DNA of 64,000 nt from Octopus sinensis (lineage: Eukaryota), in the NCBI RefSeq assembly GCF_006345805.1, contig NC_042998.1, forward strand, positions 72,478,001-72,542,000, in the 5' to 3' direction. Position 1 is the stretch's first letter. The number at the start of each line of letters is the position of its first letter. Position numbers and translations under genes: made by a program. Shown one piece after another: positions 54,827 through 64,000 of the stretch. The notes beneath the pieces are model-generated. The model was given only the letters and a program-made list of their open reading frames with translations. It ran no database searches and was not told the DNA's origin.

Positions 54827-55972
54827 TCACACCTTATCACCCAAACTGAACTCAATGATCTAATTCGTCACCTGACACCCACCAAGCAACATAATGTAGC
54901 GCCGGCCTCACGTCTGCAGCAATTGAACCTATTGGATTAAGATGCTCGAATTACAGGATTTTGGAAGCGTTATGCTGATCTACAACAATTCTTCACTTTG
55001 GAAAACAATCTGACTTCTTTTAATAATATCACAGACCTACTCAATGCACTTGAGCCGTCCTTTGAATCAAATGAGTGGGGGTTATTCACAGAAGCGTCCC
55101 TTTACAGCATAAAAACGGCTCTGATGCATAATGGGAACACCAGGCCTTCTGTTCCAACTGCTCACTAAGTCACTCTAAGAGCGGCATATGAGAAGCTTGC
55201 TTTTATTCTAGATCGCATAGGTTGAAAGAAGCATGAGTGGCTAGTTTGTATGGACTTGAAAGTTGTAGCCCTACTTAATGGGCTTCAAAATGGATACACC
55301 GAGTTTATGTGCTTCCCTTGCAAGTGGGACAGTAGGACCAGATCAGAACATTATGTACGCATAGAATGGCCACATCGGAAAACTATGACGCCTAGATGTC
55401 ATAATGTAACACAAGAGCCACTTGTTAAGAAGGAGAAAATCCTTTTGCCACCACTGCATATAAAACTAGACCTAATGAAGCAATTTACGAAAGCACTGCA
55501 ACATAATAAGCCATGTTTCTAGTACCTCAAGGCGATCTTCCTTAAAATAAGTGATGCAAAGATTAAAGAGGGCATATTTGTAGGTCTTCAGATTCGTCAA
55601 CTTATAGCTGATGAGGCAACAATGGATGAAACTGAGCTTGCGGCCTAGCATGCATTCAAAGATGTATGCAAAGGACATCTGGGAAAGCAACAAGTGACCC
55701 AGCAAGAGAATATAGTCGAGAACCTAATGAAGTGCTAACGAGATCTCGAATGCAATACGTCAAAGAAGATACACTTTCTTCATTCTCATCTGTCCTTCCC
55801 AGAGAATGCAGGGGATGTGAGTGATGGAGATGGAGAGAGGTTCCATCAAGATATAGCGTCAATGGAAAACAGGTATAACGGGAAGTGGGCCCCATATATG
55901 CTGGCTGACTTCTGCTGGCACCTGAAGCATGACACAACTGAGACGTTTTATAAACGAAGAAGTAAATACTAA
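54827..55972 (+). pseudogene. DDE transposase pseudogene, CMC superfamily (Chapaev3-like)
   Basis: ELNDLIRHL, LMHNGN, CMDLKVV, GYTEFMCFPCKWDSR (CxxC), LPPLHIKL, KIKEGIFVG, KIHFLHSH (HxxxH), GERFHQDI, MLADFCW; several stops; family name recalled from motifs. Confidence 0.75.
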
Positions 55973-55984
55973 TATTTAGGTTAA

Positions 55985-56338
55985 TCTATTATATAAAATA
56001 CGTTCTGTCTGTGTGTGTGTGTGTGTGTGTCTTCTAGGATCTCGGACATCCTCCATGCGATTGCGCTCAAATTTGGTATGTTGATACCGACGGTATCAGG
56101 GGGTGTATAAGTCTTGAAAAAATTACAAAAACCGATTCCAGGTGAGAATGCGATTGATAAAGCCGTGGAAACGTGCATTTGTACGCGCAAGTACATCAGT
56201 CGAAATCCGTTTTTGCTGGTATTTCAAATTTAGGTTAAATCAGTGTTTCTCAAAGGGGAGGACAAGTTGTTTTGAGAAAATTTGGTTCAAATGCTTGACA
56301 ACTCAGCACCGTCCATTGGACTGGAGGCATTTTGCTCG
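55985..56338 (+). mobile_element. Non-autonomous Helitron-like element, short copy
   Basis: A|TCTATTATATAAAA ... CCGTCCATTGGACTGG hairpin ... CTCG|T: 5' TC, subterminal hairpin, insertion between A and T, no TSD. Confidence 0.75.
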
Positions 56339-57232
56339 TACATTATATAACGCTAACAAACATACCAATTCATTACATATATGAATTAATTACAATGGAC
56401 ATATTTAATCTGACATTTGGAGTAAAATAATTTTACAATATCGTGGAAATTGGTATAAACTGCATAGTTATTAAGTCGGTGGATTACATGAAAACGTGAC
56501 ATGATGGGAAATTCTTATTATAAAATTCGAATTCAGCACAGTCAGCTTCATAATTAAATGTACATGAGAACAATGTTTTATTTCTTGACCCTGATATTTG
56601 ATGTACAGTGCCATTAGACGATGCGATCATAAACCATTGCATCGAGTAAATGTACTTAATGATGCCTATCATGTTTTACACCGATGTTTTGTGTAGCGTT
56701 GTTCGCCAAAGGAAATTCGTGAAACTTCAGAGACTTTTTCATACCTCTGTATCTTCAAATGGCCATCATCATGGCATACAGTGTGAGCCCTTACAGTTTT
56801 ACCTCTCCTTACTTCAGCGTTATACACTCTGTTCTTTTATTACTTTCCAGACCGAAAGTAAGAAAACTATGATGGCGAGAAGAAATATTTTAAACGTCGT
56901 GTTGTAACAAGATCACAGTTTTGGCAACATGGATAGAATGTTTAGGAAGAATAGTTGTTAGTTACTCTAGAGCAGAGAAAATCGTCCACAGGATAAACGG
57001 TAGAATTGGCAATTGTAACAACGAGCATACTGGGCAACAAGAGAAGTTTTCGCCATGCTATTTCATCTTTTTCTGCTGATTTAGGGTACTGAATCCGAAT
57101 CTGATATCAGTTTTCAGACAGTACGTGTATATTTTTTTTCTTTATTTTAGCTATTCACAGCATCACATTTTCCAATCAATTGATAATATTGACAAAGAAG
57201 TTGGCTATTTGCTTTCGATTTTCATTCGTATA

Positions 57233-57592
57233 GGCACAAGAGTGGATGTGTGGTAAGTAGCTTGCTTCCCAACCACATGATTCCGGGTTCAGTCCCACTG
57301 CGTGGCACCTTGGGTGAGTGTCTTCTGCTATAGCCCCGGACAGACAAAAGCCTTGTGAGAGGATTTGATAGACAGAAACTGAAAGAAGAGTATCTTATAT
57401 ATATATATATACACATACATGTGTGTGTTTTTGTGTGTGTCTGCCTGTTTTTGTTCCCCCACCACGCTTGACAACTGATGTCGGTTTGTTTATTACCACG
57501 TAACTTAGCAGTTCCGCAAAATTTATCGATAGAATAAGCACTTGGCTTTCAAAATATAAGTTCATGGGTTGATCTGTTCGACTAAAGGTGGC
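57233..57592 (+). mobile_element. SINE family B, head intact
   Basis: GGCACAAGAGTGGATGTGTGGTAAGTAGCTTGCTTCCCAACCACATGATTCCGGGTTCAGTCCCACTGCG. Confidence 0.88.
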
Positions 57593-57644
57593 ATTTGATC
57601 ATATAATAATGTAAATAATATATAAATATGCTTTTGTTTTTATG

Positions 57645-57991
57645 TTTTCGTTTCTCATTGTGTTCAACGTTTTGTTTGATGTCCTGTACCCATATATGCA
57701 TGTATATATACATATATACGTAGGTATGTACATATATGTATGTATATATACATATATTTATATATTATTTATATTATTATATGATCAAACACCACGCATC
57801 CTTTCCAAGTAAGTTTTATCTTAATAGACTATACGTGCTTATTCTGTCTCTTCATAAGCTCGTTTCCCTAAGCGTTGAGAATAATTTTTCTATCACCTTT
57901 GTTTAACAGCACTCATCGATTGTTTTTACTGTTTTGTTCTCATTGTGTTCAACGTTTTTATGTTGTTCTGTACCCATATATGCATATATAT

Positions 57992-58047
<56 letters not shown>

Positions 58048-58152
58048 ATATTCATATATATGTAGGTGTGTAGACATATGTATGTATACATGCATATATT
58101 TATATATTATTTATATTGTTATATGATCGAACGCCACGCATCCTTTCCAAGT
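57645..58152. repeat. Direct duplication of a ~165-220 bp unit (57645-57811 and 57930-58152)
   Basis: Both copies run TTCTCATTGTGTTCAACGTTTT...CTGTACCCATATATGCAT...ATATGATC..CCACGCATCCTTTCCAAGTA. Confidence 0.85.
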
Positions 58153-58203
58153 ATATATATATATATATGTATATGTATATATACATATATAGTATTCACC
58201 CTG

Positions 58204-58236
<33 letters not shown>

Positions 58237-60295
58237 CCCACTCCCGAACTATACGGTCGTTATATTGACGACTGTATCGGTACCACCTCACTCTCCTGCG
58301 AACACCTAGACTCCTTTCTCTCTTTCGTTAAATCCTTCCATCCTGCCCTCCACTTCTCCTGCTCTACCTCCAACACCTCTGTCTCCTTTCTTGACATTTC
58401 GGTCACCATTCATCACTCCAGTCTTAGAACCTCCATTCACTACAAACACACAGACTCACACCCATGCCTAAACTTCTCTTCTTCCCACCCGAAACACACC
58501 AAGCTTTCCATCCCCTATTCCCAATTCCTCCGTCTACGCAGGCTCTGTAGTGACGACCATGACTTTGAGACTCAGTCTCAACTCAAGTCTCGCCACTTCA
58601 TCCTACGTGGATACCCCCTCACCACTATCCACACCGCCCTTACCAGAGCACGTTCCGTAGACCGTGCATCTGCTCTCTCCCCCCGAACCCGCCCTGCAGT
58701 CTCCCGCCTACCTTTTCCCCTCACTTACCACCCCACCACCCTACCTCTCCAACGCACCATTCTTCGAGCTTTCCGGCATCTCCAGTCCGACACGTCCATT
58801 TCACACCTCTTCTCTAACCGATCCCTCCCCACCTTCAAACGAGCCCATAACCTACGAGACCTCTTGGTCCACAGCTTCTTCCCCAACCCTACCCCCAACC
58901 TGGCTCGTTCCTCTTCTCCCACCCACGCTGCCACACTTGCCCTTACCTCTCCAACACCACCCTCCTCACCGGCACCCATCATCGACCCTATCGCATCATC
59001 AACTCCTTCACCTGCACCTCCACCAATATCATCTATTGCATCTCCTGCTCTCTCTGCCATTCCCTGTACATCGGACAAACGGGACGCCGCTTGGCTGACT
59101 GGTTCGCGGAACACCTCCGAGACCACCGCCTCGCCAATGACACCCCAGTATCACGCCATTTCCGCTCCACTGGTCACTCCTTGCAACACCTGTCTGTGTT
59201 CGGATTGTCCTTGCACAGACGCTATCCGGATTCCCGCTTGCGCCGTGAACAGGGATTAATCTTCTCTTTTCGCTCTTTTACGCCATTTGGGCTCAACTTC
59301 CTCCCCGATTCCTACTTCTCTTCACTCCTACATCTTTTCACCCCCTACTCTTTGCCTCTTCTTCCCTCTTTCCCTTCTCTCCTCCTCTCCTGTCTCCCCC
59401 TCCCACCTTCTCATCCCACTCCCCCTCTTCTCCTCTCTCCCCTCCTCATCTCCTCCTCCTCTTCTCTCCCACCTCCTCCTCTCCCACCTCCACCTCTGCC
59501 ACCACGTCCACCTCCTCCTCTCCTCTCTCTCCTTCTCCTCCTCACATCCCCTCACTTCTCTCCCTCCTCTCTCTCTCCCCCTTCCCCCGTCACCTCTCTC
59601 TTCTCTTCTTTCATTCTTTCCTCCTCTCTCCTAATATACCCACCTTCCCCTCCCGCCATAAACACGCCCACCCCGATTCCACCTTCCCTATCCTTCCCAC
59701 CCCTTCCCCCACTCTACCCCACCCACCTCACCCCTATTCCACACATCTCCCCCACATACCTCACCGCTATCCCATATCCCTCCCCAACATACCTCACCTC
59801 TAGCCCCACCCTCAACCCACCCACAACCCTCACTCTGCCCCAACCCGCATCCGAACCCACACCCCACTACACCATACAACATTACACATCACATCGCAAC
59901 ACACCACCCACACACCATCCCCACATCTCCACACCCACACATACATACACACACACGTCCAGACCACCAGCCCTCTTTCACACGCACATACATACTCTCT
60001 TATACACACACGCACCTTTGTGTTGGGGGCACCTTCGTATTGGAAATCACTTGACCCTGTTATCTCCCCTACTGTCCCTCTCGCGTCTGACCACTGCCCA
60101 AAGTAAGCACGCCATGGTAGATCGTTAGCTCTTACACGCATTTTTTTCTCTCCTTGTTTTTTTTCTGTGTATCTTTCTGTCGAAGAGGGTAGGCTCGAAA
60201 GGTAAAAGATTTTTCTATTCCTGAGCGCTATACTAATACATTTGTTTATACTCCACCTGCCTTGGTCTTTTGTTTATTTTTGTAAACTTTCCCTT
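58237..60295 (+). mobile_element. Penelope-like element, 5'-truncated: RT C-half, GIY-YIG endonuclease, pyrimidine-rich tail, pLTR
   Basis: YGRYIDDCIG, VSFLDI, SIPYSQFLRLRRLCS, RGYP; after frameshift NIIYCISCSLCHSLYIGQTGRRLADWFAEH, VSRHF, REQGLI, PFGLN; hammerhead motif at 60171-60210. Confidence 0.92.
60171..60210 (+). ncRNA. Minimal hammerhead-like motif in the Penelope pLTR
   Basis: ATCTTT CTGTCGA A GAG-GGTAGG-CTC GAAAG GTA AAAGAT: 6-bp stem I, GUA triplet, at the expected pLTR position. Confidence 0.65.
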
Positions 60296-60453
60296 TATAT
60301 ATATATATATATATAATTATGTGAAATAGAAAGATGAATAATCTTGTAGTAGATTAATCAAAAGTTTAACCGATACCTTAGTAGCAAAAAATCACAGCAG
60401 TGAAACGATTTCTGTTCAATCTGCGTTCAGCTCCATTTCTTCAATTCACCAAT

Positions 60454-60503
<50 letters not shown>

Positions 60504-60631
60504 ATGTTGGAAAATTAACAGAAAATTTTTTTAAAAGAATATTTGCATACTATTCTAATACAAGAGGCATTATGCTTGTTTCTGCTTGGTTCTGTCTCTC
60601 TTGTTTATTCTTGTGGGTTCGAAGTCGTTGT

Positions 60632-60632
<1 letters not shown>

Positions 60633-60662
<30 letters not shown>

Positions 60663-60853
60663 AAGAAGAAGAGAAGAAGAAGAAGAGAAGAAGAAGAAGA
60701 AGAAGAAGAAGAAGAAGAAGAAGAAGAAGAAGAAGAAGAAGAAGAAGAAGAAGAAGAAGAAGAAGAAGAAGAAGAAGAAGAAGGAGAAGGAGGAGGAGGA
60801 GAAGAAGAAGAAGAAGAGAAGAGAAGAAGAAGAAGAAGAAGAAGAAGAAGAAG
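60633..60853. repeat. (GAA)n polypurine tract, ~220 bp
   Basis: Direct reading. Confidence 0.95.
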
Positions 60854-61229
60854 AATGCGGGAGTACCATGATAGTAGTAGGATGCTAAATTGGCAAGTGA
60901 CTTGTGGATGTTACTAGTGATTGACTTCTTAAGAATGTTTTGTTTGCGTAGCTGTTATTTTAAACAGTAATAGTAGTAAAGTAAGGAAGGAGGTGACGGA
61001 GAGGAAGAAGAAGAAGAGGAAAGAGGAGAGAATAATAAAGAAATGCAGGTGGTATGATAGTAGTAGGATGTCAAATGATCAAGCAACCTAAAATTGGTCG
61101 TTATGAATTATAGCAGTGATTGGGACTGTTTTTTAATGAATTCTTGGGAATCTGTAGAATGTATCCGTTTTAATATTTGCGTTTGTGTTTGTATTATTCT
61201 AAGGTCATAGTAGATATGTCGTTTATTAT

Positions 61230-61845
61230 AGATACGTTCAAAAGTGGTCTGTATTTTGTAATAAAGTGAGTCTCTTTACCAATTCGTTGGCTACAGGTTG
61301 TATCATCCTTCAATTGATAGAGGGGAAAAAATTCTGAAGCTTGGACTTTTGTTACTATCGCAAATGTCAATGTGTTGGCAGAATGCTATTTTTCTGTTTT
61401 TGGGAATTTTCCTCTGGGATCTGTGCAGAGCCATCATTTGACGTAGACTGTTTTTTTTTTTTGGCCTATGAATTGCTCTTGAGACCCAGAGCAGGTTAGT
61501 GCGTATATCATATCAGGTTCTCCGAAGTACATGTGAAGCTACTATTCACTGTCAAAACGTTGTCTTTATTTGAAGGAGACCTCTGATCCTTCAATTAAAC
61601 TGACACATATCCAACAGTTGGGTCTTCCACATTTTATTACTGACGGCTTCCGTGTTGTTGTTGTGGAACATATTCGGGCTTGTGTTAGGATACTTTTCAT
61701 AGATTTGTGTTGTCTCTTGCCTTTTATGATGATGTGTGTTTGGAGGATTAAGTTCATTCTGTGGTCTTTTTTTAAGCAGTGGAATGTTTTGAAGGGTGGT
61801 GTCGAAGACTTCATTGGGGAGAGGGTTGCATATGGACATGTATGT
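61230..61845 (-). mobile_element. Decayed Penelope-like GIY-YIG fragment
   Basis: KCGRPNCWICVSLIEG, FTCTSENLI, YALTCSG..FIGQ, KETHFITKYRPLLN on the minus strand with frameshifts. Confidence 0.75.
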
Positions 61846-61883
61846 TAGGGCTTTTGTTGTATGATATATAATATATATATATG

Positions 61884-61927
<44 letters not shown>

Positions 61928-62344
61928 CTGATATGTATGTATGCATGTATGTATGTACGCATGAATATATATATAGTTACTGATTTCAAGAATGTCTTTT
62001 ATTTTTGAGAACACGATATAATTTCAAAATGGATACGATATCAATAGAACAAAATTACGTTTAGAAGTTTATATATTGCATATGTTTTAAAGAATCTTGG
62101 TAAAGGTGAAGCACAATTATTTTAATAGGTAAATATAGAATTTTGCTACCAATCATTATGTTAGATCTTTATAATACTATAAATAACAAATATGAGTCAC
62201 ATATAAATGTTTAAAAGAAAAGCTGAGATGAAGCAAAATAATGGGAGACAATATTGTTCCGACTATGAGAAAAGTAAATAAATCATCAAGATTATATTGG
62301 TTTGAAATTTTAGCACAAATCTAGCAAGCTCATGGGAGCGGGGC

Positions 62345-62495
62345 AAGGCGATTACAGGGATCCCTATGCTCAAGAGGTACTTATTTTTTTAGCTTCGATA
62401 CGATGAAAAGCAAAGTCAAACTAGGCGTAGTTTCGACTCTGAACAAAAAGATAAGCGAAAGTCTGCTAAGCATTTTTTCCGAAAGTGTTAACATT
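62345..62495 (-). mobile_element. SINE family A-related, highly diverged copy
   Basis: GGTACTTATTTT..GATGAAAAGCAAAGTCAA..GCTAAGCATTT resembles the reverse complement of family A. Confidence 0.55.
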
Positions 62496-64000
62496 GTTAA
62501 ATATATGCTTAAAACGACGCTCTCACTTATGCAAAAAATAATAGGAAGCCATTATCAGAGGAGCATCATTCCCTCTTTCATCAAATCAGAAGTATGTTGG
62601 CAAATATTAGGTTAGTTTGCAGTATATCTAACCCACTGGTATTATTTTAAACAAATAATGGACAAAATCTTTCGGATGTTTGAATCACGTGATTCAAAGC
62701 ATTCCATTACATAAGTTGATTACAATGCGCTTTTTATTGCCATTCAGCGTAATGTTTTGTTTTCTTTTGAAAGAGCTTCAATCGTTTAGTTTTCCTAAAT
62801 TTAAATAAAATTATTGCGAAAATCTTCATCGTAATTGTCTGCAGTGGCACTGCATAATAGTAAAGCATTCTACCAGCAGGTTGCTAGCAGTGAATAAAAT
62901 TTGCTCTTTGATCAAATAGTATATTTAACGATTATCGATAGTTTTCTCTTTCATAAGGAAAGAAAATTCTTTAAAGAGAATGATAAACTATTTGTCAATA
63001 ATCTGTTTTAATCAAATATTCCCCAATCGCAGTTAAATAACAGTCCCCCTTGTTTCACAACGAATTGCCACAACCTGTAACAAAAGAAATTCATGCTCTA
63101 TATTCATTCCCTTTGAAACATGGAGGCGAATTAGACTATAATATTGAGTGTCAATAAAGTAATTCAGAAAGCAGAAATATGAAGAATTTACCAAATAGAT
63201 GTTCCAGATGTGTATAAAATATCTCTAAACGTAAACTTGAGTGTATGGCGTGAAGAGTACAAGTTCTCATAAAGACACACATGCACAATGAAAAAGATAA
63301 CGGTTGGTTCTCTAATTATTTACGCTGGTAATTTCAGACTAACAATAATTCTAGCACTAAGACATCGCAGATCATTACATTCTGTCATCATCAGAGGGAC
63401 GCATGAATATGGAGAGGCACCCGCAACAGACGCCGGATGAAAAACTGACACGGAAGAATTAGCTGAACAATACTCTGGTGAGAATTCGAGAGGAGTAATC
63501 CCCTAATATTTTCTGAAAGAAATTATTAACACAAGTGCAGGCACGAAAAAGCAAATCAGTTCCAATGAGCGATGGCGTCAATTTCATAGAAACAACTTTT
63601 ATAACAGATACATGTGAAGGACAACTGTTACATCCACAGCTCATCTGTTTTAGTTCGAATTTTGTACACACATAGGCTATCCTAATTTCTACATTCATAA
63701 GAAGATTCACAGAGATAAGGACAACGCACCAATGACCCGTCGATCGATCCATCTATCCCTTCATCTATTTGCCTATCAATGCCATTATTTAAAAACAAAA
63801 TATCTCCACTATTCATTTTGGTAACTTAATTCAGAATACCAGTCCGTTATGTATCTCATATTCCACTTCATATAGGCTTGAATAGTTTCTGGTAAGGCAA
63901 AACTGCTATTTATTCAATCTCTGTTATCCTTATTGCTATGCTATTTGAAATCAAGAAACTAAATTTCCATACGTCTAACCATGCAACACCCACCAACAAA

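Noticed and set aside
58066-59259. 397-aa ORF as an intact gene
   Set aside because: The N-terminus is microsatellite, the middle is Penelope RT, and the C-terminus is out of frame relative to the GIY-YIG domain
59091-60128. 345-aa proline-rich, extensin-like ORF
   Set aside because: End of the GIY-YIG domain reading through into a low-complexity C-rich tail
63338-63752. Relatively GC-rich stretch with a 97-aa minus-strand ORF
   Set aside because: No recognisable domain, and the other frames contain stops; a small exon cannot be excluded

Overview
AT-rich, microsatellite-dense eukaryotic non-coding DNA. The repeat content resembles an octopus/coleoid cephalopod genome; this is an inference from pattern recognition, not a search. 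I found no intact host gene, and nearly all ORFs in the track are translations of simple repeats. The window holds many decayed mobile elements: R4/Dong-like, RTE and CR1-like LINE fragments, three Penelope-like (GIY-YIG) fragments, two Tc1/mariner relics, a CMC/Chapaev3-like transposase pseudogene, two non-autonomous Helitrons, at least four tRNA-derived SINE families and several long fold-back palindromes. The most notable signal is six minimal type-I hammerhead-ribozyme-like motifs of the Penelope pLTR kind, most with non-canonical cores (a G3:C8 swap, U4C, A6U). Two of them form a mirror pair inside a 340-bp palindrome and one is fused to a tRNA-derived SINE head. Also notable are an ORF1/gag-only 1.8-kb element with an exactly spaced Inr+DPE internal promoter, and a 3' tail shared by a SINE family and a CR1-like LINE. 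All calls come from reading the sequence by eye, so boundaries are approximate.
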